The notes beneath the pieces were generated by a model, which saw only the letters and a program-made list of their open reading frames with translations, had not been told where the DNA came from and made no database searches. Positions 1-11,764 of a stretch of 64,000 nucleotides of DNA are shown piece after piece; positions within the stretch are counted from its first letter, which is position 1, and every line of letters begins with the position of its first letter. The translations under genes were made by a program, and so were the position numbers. This stretch comes from an uncultured Thermoleophilia bacterium (lineage in GTDB: Bacteria > Actinomycetota > Thermoleophilia > UBA2241). The stretch covers positions 1,024,001 through 1,088,000 of the forward strand of contig CAVPCT010000003.1 in NCBI GenBank assembly GCA_963702475.1, given 5' to 3'.

Positions 1-1198
1 CCACCGCGCCGTCGCCGGCCGCGGCCGCCGAGAAGGCGACGGCGAGGTCGCCGGACTCGTCGGAGCTCACCGCGTCGAGCTGCAGGCCGGGGTGGCCGGT
101 GTCGAACGAGCTCTGGCCCGGCGTACCTGCGGCGGGACCTCCGGGGGGGATGTGGGTCACGGAGAGCCTGGTGCCGGCGGCGGACGTCACGTAGACGCCC
201 CCGGCTCCGTCGCCGGCCGCCTGTGCGCCGGCGGGCGCCTTCATGGCGGCCGGTCGCAGCCACAGCCGGTCGCCGCTCTTGTTGTACCGCTGCACGAGCA
301 CGGAGTCGTTCTCGCGCCACGCCACCCACGCGCCCGCGCCGGCGCCGAGGCCGATCGGGGTCTGCGCGGCTGCCGACGGAGGGTCGGCGAGCGGATTGTA
401 CGGCCCCACCGGCTGGGGCCAGTCGGGCTCCAGTCCGGGGCCGAAGCGCTGCACGGCGATGCCGGAGCGGCCGGGTCCGGTGAGGAGCGTGACGAGGTGC
501 CCTTCTGCGTCGCCAGCGATCAGGGCGGCGGTACCCCTGGCGACGGCGGCCCCGGGATCGGGGACGGCGAGGTGTCCTTCGGCCGAGACGTGGGTGAGGA
601 GCGAGTCGCCGGAGGCGGACGACGGCGTGACGGCCAGGAGCAGGTAGGCGCCGCCTGACCCGTCCGGTTCCAGCACCACCGGGGTGGCCGTGGCGCCGGC
701 CCCGCGCGCCTGCGCGACGGCCGTGTCCGAACACGCGGTGACGGGGGCGAACACGCTCGCCCCCAGGGCGGTGCGCGCGGCGACGACCACGGTCCCCCCG
801 GCCTTCCAGGCCAGCAGCACGTCGCTTCCCCGTCCGGGTGCCGCCAGCCAGTCGGTCAGGCCGGCGATGCCGGTCATGAGCACGACGGGGGCGTCGCCGG
901 CGGCCTGCCCGGCGCCGTCGTAGTGCCGGGCAAGGATGGCCGCGCCGGACGCTTCGTCCTGCGCGGCCCACACGGCCGTCGCGCCGTCGCCCACCACGAG
1001 CCGGGCGGCGCCGCTCACGGGCTGCGACCACAACGGCGCGAAGCCCACGCCGGAGGACCTTGCGGCCTCGGCGGGCGCGCTCGCCGAGGCCGAGGCGCGG
1101 TCGCCGCTCGCCGCGGCCGGAGTCACGGCGACGCCCAGAAGGAGCAGCGCGGCGGCAAGCGCGGCCGCGCTTGCCATGATGTCACGATGTGCGAACAT
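1..1198 (-). CDS. Secreted protein, possibly beta-propeller-like; runs off the window start
   Basis: ATG at 1198 with GGGGGG RBS; signal-peptide-like N-terminus (MFAHRDIMASAAALAAALLLLGVAVTPAAAS); recurring DGSGGAY/DGAGGVY motifs; same frame at both ends, no stop seen before the edge, so absent from the ORF track. Confidence 0.7.
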   Translation of the reverse strand, partial: MFAHRDIMASAAALAAALLLLGVAVTPAAASGDRASASASAPAEAARSSGVGFAPLWSQPVSGAARLVVGDGATAVWAAQDEASGAAILARHYDGAGQAAGDAPVVLMTGIAGLTDWLAAPGRGSDVLLAWKAGGTVVVAARTALGASVFAPVTACSDTAVAQARGAGATATPVVLEPDGSGGAYLLLAVTPSSASGDSLLTHVSAEGHLAVPDPGAAVARGTAALIAGDAEGHLVTLLTGPGRSGIAVQRFGPGLEPDWPQPVGPYNPLADPPSAAAQTPIGLGAGAGAWVAWRENDSVLVQRYNKSGDRLWLRPAAMKAPAGAQAAGDGAGGVYVTSAAGTRLSVTHIPPGGPAAGTPGQSSFDTGHPGLQLDAVSSDESGDLAVAFSAAAAGDGAV

Positions 1199-1244
1199 GT
1201 GTCCCCCCTTGACCCCGACCTTGCGCAGGGCAGTCAGGCTCCCG

Positions 1245-2957
1245 TCAGCCGCCGTCGGCCTGCTTACCGTGCCCCGTCAGCCAGCCGTGTCCCCGCTGCT
1301 CCGCGAGCCGGCACGACCCGTAGGCCTGCTCAGTGGCCGACAGCACGGCGTCTTCTCCCAGCGTCTGCAGGAGGCCGGTGCGTTCGAGCTGCTCCCGCAT
1401 CTCGCTGCCCACCCCTGCAAGGTACAGCCTGCCGCCGCCGGCCGCCAGAGCAGCGGCGTACTCGCGGATGAGCTCGAGGGACGCGCTGTGCAGAGTCCCC
1501 CTGCCGCGCAGGCGCAGTACGACCACGGCGCGGCGCGCCCCGGCCGGGTCGGGGAGCAGCTCCTTGACCTTGGGACCGGCGGCGAAGAACAGGCTGCCGT
1601 AGATGTCCAGTACCGTCACGGAGCCGTTCGCGAGGGCCTTGGGAGGCTCGCCCTCACGGCAGCGGCCCTGGTCGTCGATGTCCAGCTCCACCACGGTGAT
1701 GTCGACCGACGACAGGTAGATGTACTTGAGCACGGTGATGGCCGCGCCGGCCAGGACCGCATACTGCAGTGGGATCACCAGGACCAGGGCGAAGGTGACG
1801 GCCATCACCGCCGCCGAGACCCGGTCGGCCGCCCAGATCTCGCGGATCGTCCGCGGCGTGATGGTGGCCGCCGCCGCCACGATCACGATGCCGGCCGTGA
1901 CCGCCTGGGGCACCGCGGCCACGAGTGGAGCGGCAGCGACCACCAGGAGGACGATGAGCACGCCGGCGAAGACCGCCGCCCAGCGGGTGCGCGCCCCCGC
2001 GGCGACGTTGACCGACGTGGCCGCCACCGAGCCGCCGACCGTGGCGCCCCCGAAGAACCCCGAGGCGAGGTTGGCGAGGCCCTGGGCCGAGAAGTCGCGG
2101 GAGACGTCGCCGTGATGTCCGTCGCTGTTGCGCACGGAGCGGCTGATGCCGGCACCCTGCACGAGCCCGATGATGGTGAGCGACAGCGCCGGCACCAGCA
2201 GCCGCGGGACGAGCGAGAGGTCGGGGAGCTGCGGCGCCGGGAACCCGCCCGCCAGCGGCGCGATGTCGCCGATGGTCGCCACCGCCGAGAAGGCGGGCAG
2301 GACGGCGAGCGCCGTGCCCGCCGCCAGCGCCACGGCCATGGCGAACAGCTTCGCCTTCGTGCGCCCCACGACGAGGATGACGGCGATCGTCACCAGGCCG
2401 ACCGCGATCGTCGCAGGGTCGATGCGGCCGGCGTGCACGACGAGGTCGCCGGCCTTGACGACCTTGTTCTCGTAGCCGCTCGAGAAGCCGGTGAGGGCTC
2501 CCAGCTGGCTGAGGACGATCTGCACGGCCACGCCGGTCATGAAGCCGACCATGACGGCGTGCGAGATGAAGCGCGTGAGGCCGCCGCCGCGCAGCAGCCC
2601 GGCGGCCAGCATCATGAGCCCGGTCAGGACGGTGAGCACGACCAGACCGGGCACCCTCTGCTCGGCCGGCAGGTGGGCCAGTGAGGCGCCCACCGTGAGG
2701 CTCAGCGCCGCCGTCGTCACCATGGCCATGCGCTGCGTGCCGGCCGTGAGCGCGCCGACGGGCGTGCCGGTCATGGTCGCGTACAGCCCGTGCACCGGCG
2801 GCACGCCGGCCACGATGGTGTACGCGAGCGCGAGGCCGATCTGCGTGACGCCGAGGGTGAACCCCGCGAGCAGGTCGTGGGGAAGGTCGCGGCGCGACGG
2901 CAGCCGCAGCGTCGGGCGACGCGCTGTCGGTTCGCTGGTCAGGGTCTCCTCCTCCAC
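1245..2957 (-). CDS. SulP family anion transporter with C-terminal STAS domain
   Basis: DLLAGFTLG...GVPPVHGLY, QGLANLASGFFGG, STAS motif DIYGSLFFA. Confidence 0.92.
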   Translation of the reverse strand: MEEETLTSEPTARRPTLRLPSRRDLPHDLLAGFTLGVTQIGLALAYTIVAGVPPVHGLYATMTGTPVGALTAGTQRMAMVTTAALSLTVGASLAHLPAEQRVPGLVVLTVLTGLMMLAAGLLRGGGLTRFISHAVMVGFMTGVAVQIVLSQLGALTGFSSGYENKVVKAGDLVVHAGRIDPATIAVGLVTIAVILVVGRTKAKLFAMAVALAAGTALAVLPAFSAVATIGDIAPLAGGFPAPQLPDLSLVPRLLVPALSLTIIGLVQGAGISRSVRNSDGHHGDVSRDFSAQGLANLASGFFGGATVGGSVAATSVNVAAGARTRWAAVFAGVLIVLLVVAAAPLVAAVPQAVTAGIVIVAAAATITPRTIREIWAADRVSAAVMAVTFALVLVIPLQYAVLAGAAITVLKYIYLSSVDITVVELDIDDQGRCREGEPPKALANGSVTVLDIYGSLFFAAGPKVKELLPDPAGARRAVVVLRLRGRGTLHSASLELIREYAAALAAGGGRLYLAGVGSEMREQLERTGLLQTLGEDAVLSATEQAYGSCRLAEQRGHGWLTGHGKQADGG

Positions 2958-3188
2958 TGCCGGTGCGTGACTCAGCTAATCCGCACGGGTGGGCGAAGTC
3001 AAGGGAAACCGAGTCGTTAGCGCTTGCAAGCATATGGAATCTGAATGCTCATGGGAAAACCGCGTCGGAATCTGAACGCTGGTTGCCGTGAGGTGCCACG
3101 TGACGTCTTCGCGCAGCGGACGGCGCGCCGCGCGCACGCCGCAGGCGTGCGAGCCTGCGCGCCGTCCGCCCGCAGCGGGCGCGCGTGC

Positions 3189-3218
3189 TTGCGTGCCCGC
3201 GCGCGCCTGACATACACT
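3189..3218 (+). promoter_or_regulatory. Putative sigma70-type promoter of the leu leader/operon
   Basis: TTGCGT (3189-3194), 18-nt spacer, TACACT (3213-3218); leader ATG 9 nt downstream. Confidence 0.55.
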
Positions 3219-3227
3219 ACCCGGACT

Positions 3228-3341
3228 ATGCGTCGCCGCGGGACAAGCGAGGTCACCCGGGAGGACCACATTGAGGTACGCGCCAGCGTGCTCGGTGTCC
3301 TCGGCCTCGCCCTGCTCCTCCCCCCTCGGGGGGATGTGTAG
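3228..3341 (+). CDS. Leu-rich leader peptide (37 aa) upstream of leuA
   Basis: MRRRGTSEVTREDHIEVRASVLGVLGLALLLPPRGDV*; six Leu codons clustered near the 3' end. Confidence 0.65.
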   Translation: MRRRGTSEVTREDHIEVRASVLGVLGLALLLPPRGDV

Positions 3342-3431
3342 ACACCTGCCGGCCGTACGGCCACTTTTCGGATCCCACACCAGATCCACGGCACCAAGAG
3401 CGGCGAAGACGTCCGCCTTGGGAGGAGTAGG
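3311..3431 (+). promoter_or_regulatory. LEU-element-like RBS-sequestering structure
   Basis: CCTGCTCCTCCC (3311-3322, overlapping Leu codons) is complementary to GGGAGGAGTAGG (3420-3431, leuA SD), with one G-U pair. Confidence 0.65.
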
Positions 3432-3437
3432 CGCACC

Positions 3438-4972
<1,535 letters not shown>

Positions 4973-4973
<1 letters not shown>

Positions 4974-6274
4974 TGGGTCACACGATCACCGAGAAAATCT
5001 TGGCGCGCGCGGGCGGGCTCGACGAAGTCCAGCCCGGCCAGATCATCGAAGCGAAGCTGGACCTCGTGCTGGCCAACGACATCACCGCGCCGCTCGGCAT
5101 CGCCGAGTTCGAGAAGGCCGGGTTCACCAAGGTCTTCGACCCGGCCAGGATCGCCCTGGTGCCCGACCACTTCACGCCGAACAAGGACATCAAGGCGGCC
5201 GGCCAGGCCAAGATCATGCGCGAGTTCGCCCGCAGGCACGGCATCGTCAACTACTTCGAGGTCGGGCGTGTGGGCATCGAGCACGTGCTGCTGCCCGACC
5301 TGGGCATGATCGCGCCGGGCGACGTCGTGATCGGCGCCGACAGCCACACCTGCACCTACGGCGCCGTGGCCGCCTTCAGCACCGGCGTCGGCAGCACCGA
5401 CTTCGCCGCCGCCATGGCCTGGGGACGCGTGTGGCTGCGCGTACCCGAGAGCATCAAGTTCGTGTACTCGGGCAGGACGCAGCGCTGGGTCACCGGCAAG
5501 GACCTGATGCTGCACACCATCGGCCTGATCGGCGTCGACGGCGCCCTGTACCAGGCCATGGAGCTCACCGGCGAGGCCATCGAGAACCTGTCCATGGACG
5601 AGCGCTTCACCATGTGCAACATGGCCATCGAGGCCGGCGGCAAGAGCGGCATCGTGGGCTTCGACGAGAAGACCACGGCCTACCTGCAGAGCCGGCCGGA
5701 GGGCAGCCGCGCCCGCGCCGCGGGTCAGGTGTTCGCCAGCGACCGCGACGCCGAGTACGCGCGCGTCATCGAGATCGACGTCGCCCGGGTGCCGCTGACC
5801 GTGAGCAAGCCGCACCTGCCGAGCTACGCCGCGCCGGCTGCCGAGCTGGCCGGCACGACCATCGACCAGGTCGTCATCGGCAGCTGCACCAACGGCCGCC
5901 TGGAGGACCTGCGCCAGGCGGCCAGCATCCTGCGCGGCCGCAAGGTGCACCCGGACGTGCGCTGCATCATCCTGCCGGGCACGCAGCAGGTGTGCCTGGA
6001 CGCCGCCGCCGACGGCACCATGCAGGCCCTCATCGAGGCGGGCTGCGCCTTCAGCACGCCCACCTGCGGGCCGTGCCTGGGCGGCCACATGGGCGTGCTC
6101 GCCGAGGGCGAGCGCGCCGTCGCCACCACCAACCGCAACTTCGTGGGCCGCATGGGCCACACCGGCGGCGAGGTCTACCTGGCGAGCCCGTACGTCGCCG
6201 CCGCCTCGGCCGTGACCGGGCACATCTCGACGCCCGAAGAGGTCGTCGGCGCGGAGAAGGGAGCCACGCGATGA
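4973..6274 (+). CDS. leuC: 3-isopropylmalate dehydratase large subunit
   Basis: [44 protein letters not shown]; TGATG overlap with leuA. Confidence 0.96.
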
Positions 6275-6777
6275 TCTTCGAGGGCACCGTGCACAAGTAC
6301 GGCCGGGACGTCGACACCGACGTCATCATCCCGGCCCGTTACCTCAACACGCACGACCACGCGGAGCTGGCCAAGCACGCGATGGAGGACATCGACGCCG
6401 GCTTCGTGGACCGCGTACAGCAGGGCGACATCATCGTCGCCGGCGAGAACTTCGGTTGCGGCAGCTCGCGAGAGCACGCCCCGGTGGCCATCAAGGCCTC
6501 CGGCATCAGCGTCGTCGTCGCCGCGTCCTTCGCGCGCATCTTCTACCGCAACGCCATCAACACCGGCCTGCCCATCGTCGTGTGCCCGGCCGCCGTCGCC
6601 GACGCCGAGAACGGCGACGCGATGAAGGTCGACCTCGGCGCCGGCACCGTCGAGAACCTGACCAGGGGCACGAGCTACGCCGCCGAGGCGTTCCCGCCCT
6701 TCATGCAGGACCTCATCGACCGCGGCGGCCTCATGGAGTACGTCAAGGCGCAGCTCGCCGAAGGAGACAAGGCGTAA
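6271..6777 (+). CDS. leuD: 3-isopropylmalate dehydratase small subunit
   Basis: [37 protein letters not shown]; ATGA overlap. Confidence 0.96.
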   Translation: MIFEGTVHKYGRDVDTDVIIPARYLNTHDHAELAKHAMEDIDAGFVDRVQQGDIIVAGENFGCGSSREHAPVAIKASGISVVVAASFARIFYRNAINTGLPIVVCPAAVADAENGDAMKVDLGAGTVENLTRGTSYAAEAFPPFMQDLIDRGGLMEYVKAQLAEGDKA

Positions 6778-6820
6778 GGCGCCGGACAAGCAAGACCATT
6801 CACCAGCAGAGAGAGGAACC

Positions 6821-7903
6821 ATGGGGAACACCTACAAGATCGCGGTGATGCCGGGCGACGGGACCGGGCCGGAGGTCGTGGCCGAAGGGCTCAAGGTCCT
6901 GCAGGCGGCCGCCGCCAAGTACCGGTTCGCCCTCGATCTGACGCACTACGACCTCGGCGGCGACCGCTACCTGAGCACCGGTGAGATCCTGCCGGACTCG
7001 GTCGTCGACGAGCTCAAGGGCTTCGACTCGATCTACCTCGGCGCGATCGGGCATCCCGACGTCGCGCCGGGCATCCTCGAGAAGGGCCTCCTGCTGCGCC
7101 TGCGCTTCGAGCTGGACCAGTACATCAACCTGCGTCCCGTGCGTCTGTACCCCGGCGTCGAGACGCCGCTCAAGGACAAGACCCCGGCCGACATCGATTA
7201 CGTGGTGGTCCGCGAGAACTCCGGCGACGTGTACGCCGGCGGCGGCGGCGTGATGATGAAGGGCACGCCCCACGAGGTCGCCTCGCAGCTCATGCTGTAC
7301 AGCTGCGCCCAGGTGGACCGCTGCCTGCGCTGGGCCTTCGACTACACGCGCGCGCACGGCAAGAAGGCGCGCGGCCTCGGCGACGACAACACCCTGGGCC
7401 TGGTCGGCAAGACCAACGTGCTCACCTACGTGTACGACCTCTGGTTCCGGCGCTTCAACGAGATCGGCGAGGAGGACTACCCGGACGTCAAGCGCGAGTA
7501 CTACCACGTGGACGCCACCTGCATGTGGATGGTCAAGAGCCCCGAGTGGTTCGACGTGCTCGTGACCGGCAACATGTTCGGCGACATCATCACCGACCTG
7601 GGCGCGATCACACAGGGCGGCATGGGCGTCGCCGCCGGCGGCAACATCAACCCCGGGGGCGTCAGCATGTTCGAGCCCATCGGCGGCTCCGCGCCCAAGT
7701 ACACCGGTATGGGTGTCATCAACCCCGTGGCCGCCATCGTGGCCGGCGCGATGATGCTGGACACGCTGGGCGAGAGCCAGGCGGCGGCCGAGGTGGAGCG
7801 CGCCGTGACCGAGGTCACCGGCACCAAGATGAAGGGTATGGCCTCCGGCCAGATGGGCTACTCGACGAGCGAGGTCGGCGACCTCGTGGCGGAGCGTGTC
7901 TGA
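6821..7903 (+). CDS. leuB: 3-isopropylmalate dehydrogenase
   Basis: PGDGTGPEV, NLRP, VRENS, NMFGDIITD, FEPIGGSAP; position in leu operon. Confidence 0.94.
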   Translation: MGNTYKIAVMPGDGTGPEVVAEGLKVLQAAAAKYRFALDLTHYDLGGDRYLSTGEILPDSVVDELKGFDSIYLGAIGHPDVAPGILEKGLLLRLRFELDQYINLRPVRLYPGVETPLKDKTPADIDYVVVRENSGDVYAGGGGVMMKGTPHEVASQLMLYSCAQVDRCLRWAFDYTRAHGKKARGLGDDNTLGLVGKTNVLTYVYDLWFRRFNEIGEEDYPDVKREYYHVDATCMWMVKSPEWFDVLVTGNMFGDIITDLGAITQGGMGVAAGGNINPGGVSMFEPIGGSAPKYTGMGVINPVAAIVAGAMMLDTLGESQAAAEVERAVTEVTGTKMKGMASGQMGYSTSEVGDLVAERV

Positions 7904-7986
7904 GAGGACGCAGGAAGAAACTCTTACCCTCGAGGAGAGGTTGAAGCTCTCGCGCGGAGCCCGCGCGTAAGGACAGGAGGAAGGCG

Positions 7987-8910
7987 ATGGCCCCCATCCC
8001 CGAGATGGACACGATCTGGATGAACGGCGCTCTCGTGCCCTGGCACGAGGCCAAGGTGCACGTGCTCACGCACGCCCTGCACTACGGGTCCGGGGTCTTC
8101 GAGGGCATCCGCGCCTACAAGACGCCCAAGGGCGTCGCGGTGCTGTGCCTCACCGAGCACCTCAAGCGCCTCGTGCGCTCCGCCAAGCTGTACTACATGC
8201 CGGTGCCGTACACCGTGGAACAGCTGTACGACGCCACGTTCGAACTGCTGCAGTCCAACAAGCTCGAGTCGTGCTACATCCGCCCGCTGGTGTTCCGCGG
8301 CTACGGCGAGATGGGCCTGTATCCCATCAACGCGCCGGTGGACGTCATCGTCGCCGCATGGCCGTGGGGCACGTACCTCGGCGAGGAGGGCATCAAGCAC
8401 GGCGTGCGCGCCAAGACCTCCAGCATCCAGTCGCTCGACCACACGTCCCTGGCCCGCGCCGCCAAGGCCTCGGGCCAGTACCTCAACAGCATCCTGGCCA
8501 AGATCGAGGTGCTCAACGCCGGCTACGACGAGGCCATCATGCTCACCGAGCACGGCCACGTGGCCGAGGGCTCGGGCGAGAACATCTTCGTGGTGCGCAA
8601 CGGCGTGCTCATGACGCCGCCGCCCAGCGACGGCGTGCTCGAGGGCATCACGCGCGACATCATCATCAAGCTCGCCGCGGCAGAGGGCATCCCCTTCGAC
8701 GAGCGCTCGCTGGCGCGCAGCGACCTCGTGATCGCCGACGAGGCCTTCTACACCGGCACCGCCGCCGAGATCGTGCCGATCCGCGAGGTGGACGACCACC
8801 CCATCGGCGAGCCCGGTCCGGTCACGCGCAGGATGCAGGAGCGCTTCAAGGCCATCACCGAAGGCCGCGACGCCGAGTTCGGCCACTTCATGGAGTACGC
8901 GAGGAGCTGA
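7987..8910 (+). CDS. ilvE: Branched-chain amino acid aminotransferase
   Basis: HALHYGSGVFEGIRAY, YIRP, AKASGQYLNS, EGSGENIF, LEGITR. Confidence 0.96.
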   Translation: MAPIPEMDTIWMNGALVPWHEAKVHVLTHALHYGSGVFEGIRAYKTPKGVAVLCLTEHLKRLVRSAKLYYMPVPYTVEQLYDATFELLQSNKLESCYIRPLVFRGYGEMGLYPINAPVDVIVAAWPWGTYLGEEGIKHGVRAKTSSIQSLDHTSLARAAKASGQYLNSILAKIEVLNAGYDEAIMLTEHGHVAEGSGENIFVVRNGVLMTPPPSDGVLEGITRDIIIKLAAAEGIPFDERSLARSDLVIADEAFYTGTAAEIVPIREVDDHPIGEPGPVTRRMQERFKAITEGRDAEFGHFMEYARS

Positions 8911-8915
8911 GCTCG

Positions 8916-10504
8916 ATGCACGAGCGACAGGTGCAGCTCTACGACACCACTCTGCGCGACGGCATGCAGCAAGAAGGCATGTCGGTCTCCGTCGAGGAGA
9001 AGGTGCGCATCGCGCTGAAGCTCGACGAGCTGGGCATCCACTTCATCGAGGGCGGGTTCCCGTCGTCCAATCCCAAGGAGGTCGAGTTCTTCCGCCGCAT
9101 GGAGCGGGAGAGGCTCGAGACGGCGCGTCTGGTGGCCTTCGGCATGACGCGCCGCAAGGGCGTGGCGGCCGACCAGGACGAGGCCCTGCGCGTGCTCGCC
9201 GACGTGTTCGCCGGCACGGTGGCCGTCGTCGGCAAGACGTGGGGCCTGCACCTCAGCAAGGTGCTGCGCGTGAGCCACGCCGAGAACCTGCGCATGATCG
9301 AGGACTCCGTCGAGTTCCTCGTCGCGCAGGGCAAGCGCGTGGTGTACGACGCCGAGCACTTCTTCGACGCCTGGCGCGACGACGCCGCGCTACGCGCTGC
9401 AGTGCGTGCGCACGGCAGCCGAGGCCGGCGCCGAGGTCGTCTGTCTGTGCGACACCAACGGCGCCTCGCTGCCGCCGTTCGTCGCCGACGTGGTCGGCGA
9501 GGTGGTGGCGGCACTTGCCGGTGCCGGTGGGCGTGCACGTCCACAACGACAGCGAGTGCGCGGTCGCCAACAGCCTCGTGGCCGTCGACCGCGGCGCCCT
9601 GCAGGTGCAGGGCACCATGAACGGCTACGGCGAGCGCTGCGGCAACGCCAACCTGGTCAGCATCATCCCGGCGCTCAAGCTCAAGATGGGGCTCGACGTC
9701 GTCTCCGACGAGCAGCTCGCCCGCCTGGCCGAGACGGCGCACTTCGTCTCCGACATCTGCAACATCTCCATCGGCGCTCACCAGCCTTATGTGGGCAAGG
9801 CGGCCTTCGCGCACAAGGGCGGCCTGCACGTGGCCGCCGTCGAGCACGCGCCGCAGACGTTCGAGCACGTCGACCCCGCGGCGGTGGGCAACGAGCAGCG
9901 CATCCTGGTCTCCGAGCTCTCCGGCAAGGCCACCGTGCTGCGCCGCGCGCGCGACCTGGGCCTGGCTGTGGAGGGCGACGACGAACGGGTCGCCAGGGTC
10001 CTCAAGCGCCTCAAGGACCGCGAGCACAAGGGCTACCACTACGAGGCCGCCGACGCGAGCTTCGACCTGCTGCTGGGCGAGGAGCTGGCGCCGCGCGAGC
10101 CGCTGTTCCGCCTGGAGAGCTTCCGCGTCATCGTCGACAAGCGCGAGGACGGACAAGCTGTGGTGGAGGCCACCATCAAGGTGCACGTGGGCGGCGAGCG
10201 CATCATCAGCACGGCCGAGGGCAACGGTCCCGTGAACGCCCTGGACACCGCGCTGCGCCAGGCGATCACGCAGAAGTACCCGCACCTCAGCGACATCGAG
10301 CTGGTGAACTACAAGGTGCGCATCCTCGACGAGACCAAGGGCACCGGCGCCGTGACGCGCGTGCTGCTCGACGCCAGCGACGGCGACGACGTGTGGGGCA
10401 GCATCGGCGTGAGCGAGAACATCATCGAGGCCAGCTGGGAGGCCCTGGTCGACTCCATCGAGTACGGGATGGTGCGCAGCCAGCGGACAGGAGGGACACC
10501 ATGA
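8916..10504 (+). CDS. cimA: Citramalate synthase (frameshifts near 9400 and 9515, probably sequencing errors)
   Basis: [60 protein letters not shown] spread over three frames. Confidence 0.9.
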
Positions 10505-10683
10505 GTGCCGACGCGGACAAGGTCCTCGAGGTCATGGCCGCGGCGGGCGAGCCGCTCAACGCCGGCGCGGTCGCTGAGCGTTCCGGCATGGACCGCAAGG
10601 CCGTGGACAAGGCGATGGCCGAGCTCAAGAAGGACGGCCGCATCGAGTCGCCGAAGCGTTGCTACTGGGCGCCGGCGGGCTGA
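10501..10683 (+). CDS. Small (60 aa) winged-helix protein
   Basis: [60 protein letters not shown]; GGAGG RBS; ATGA overlap with cimA stop. Confidence 0.8.
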   Translation: MSADADKVLEVMAAAGEPLNAGAVAERSGMDRKAVDKAMAELKKDGRIESPKRCYWAPAG

Positions 10684-10728
10684 GCTGCCTAGACCGCGGG
10701 CGGCGCCGCAGCGGCGGCGAGTCCGTGC

Positions 10729-11133
10729 TCAGCGCCGCTTGAGCAGCCGCTCGGCTTCCGCGAGTGTCAGCGTCCTCATGTCGTCTGCGGCGTAGCCGGC
10801 GGCGAGCAGCGCCCGCACCACGCTGAGCGGCAGGGTCTCGCGGGACGCCTCGCGCGGCCGAGTCCCCGGGCGGAGCGGCGGCGTTGCCTTCTGGACCGCG
10901 GCCCAGAACTCAGCCTCCGTCACGCGCAGTTCGTGCTTGAGGATGCGTGCCGTGGTGCTGAGCTTGTAGGTCCCGCGGCCCTTCGAGATGACGGTGCGCA
11001 GGAGCGCGCCGTCGCGTAGTGGCTTGATCCACACCTCGTGCTTGGCGACCGACCGCCCGGGCGAGTCGGCCTTTCGCTCCCAGCCGTCGACGCGGCAGAA
11101 CGTGCGCACGTCGTCGTACCGGGCCGGCTTCAT
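10729..11133 (-). CDS. Putative HicA-like type II toxin with C-terminal extension
   Basis: MKPARYDDVRTFCRVDGWE...KHEVWIKPLRDGALLRTVISKG...ILKHELRVTEAEFW; ATGA overlap with upstream antitoxin-like gene. Confidence 0.65.
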   Translation of the reverse strand: MKPARYDDVRTFCRVDGWERKADSPGRSVAKHEVWIKPLRDGALLRTVISKGRGTYKLSTTARILKHELRVTEAEFWAAVQKATPPLRPGTRPREASRETLPLSVVRALLAAGYAADDMRTLTLAEAERLLKRR

Positions 11134-11591
11134 CGCGCGTCGGGATCGTCCGCGCCCTCGGCGCGGGAAGCCGCTTCCGCGTCGGCATCGGCGTTGAGCA
11201 TGGCCACGACACCCTGCGTGTCGCCGGCGAGCTCGATGCGGCGGACGTAGCCCGCGCGGTGGCGATGGTTGGGGGCGTGACGCAACTGGTCGACCCAGTC
11301 GTCCGCGTACTCGAGCATGGCCTCCGCCAGGTCCTCCAGCGCCTCGTCGAGCGTGCCCCCGACTCCGTGGACGTCGAGCTCGAAGAGGTAGATGCCGACG
11401 TCGCCGTCGTCGATGTCCACCTCGGGGCGGAAGCGGAACGCCGGCGCCAGGAGCGCCTCCATCTCGCCGACCTCCGCGACCACGACCTCGGGGCGACCGC
11501 GCCGGCCGATGAACTGCCACTTGCCGGCGCGGGCCTTCTCGAGCAGCGTGGGCAGTTGCGCGCGCGCCTCGGTCATCGGCCAAGTCTCCAT
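11130..11591 (-). CDS. Putative antitoxin: Phd/YefM-like N-terminus plus HicB-like domain
   Basis: TEARAQLPTLLEKA...IGRRGRPEVVV (Phd-like); ELDVHGVGGTLDEALEDLAEAMLEY (HicB-like); acidic; GAGGTG RBS. Confidence 0.72.
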   Translation of the reverse strand: METWPMTEARAQLPTLLEKARAGKWQFIGRRGRPEVVVAEVGEMEALLAPAFRFRPEVDIDDGDVGIYLFELDVHGVGGTLDEALEDLAEAMLEYADDWVDQLRHAPNHRHRAGYVRRIELAGDTQGVVAMLNADADAEAASRAEGADDPDAR

Positions 11592-11619
11592 GTGAGCACC
11601 TCGCGGTCCATGAAGCGAG

Positions 11620-11664
11620 TGTAGGTGACTGCAGCTACATTCTGTAGCGATTGTAGTGATTGTA
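11620..11664 (-). promoter_or_regulatory. TA promoter/operator
   Basis: Inverted repeat GCTACA-TTC-TGTAGC (11634-11648); TGTA at 11643, 11652, 11661 (9-nt period); two minus-strand TACAAT hexamers. Confidence 0.55.
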
Positions 11665-11764
11665 CACCGGTGGACGTTGGCGGCGGCTGGGTGGATGTTG
11701 CTGCCGGTCCGTCCGCGGCGGCCGATAGAACGTGACCCACGTGGGTGACCGGAGGGAGAGCAGC

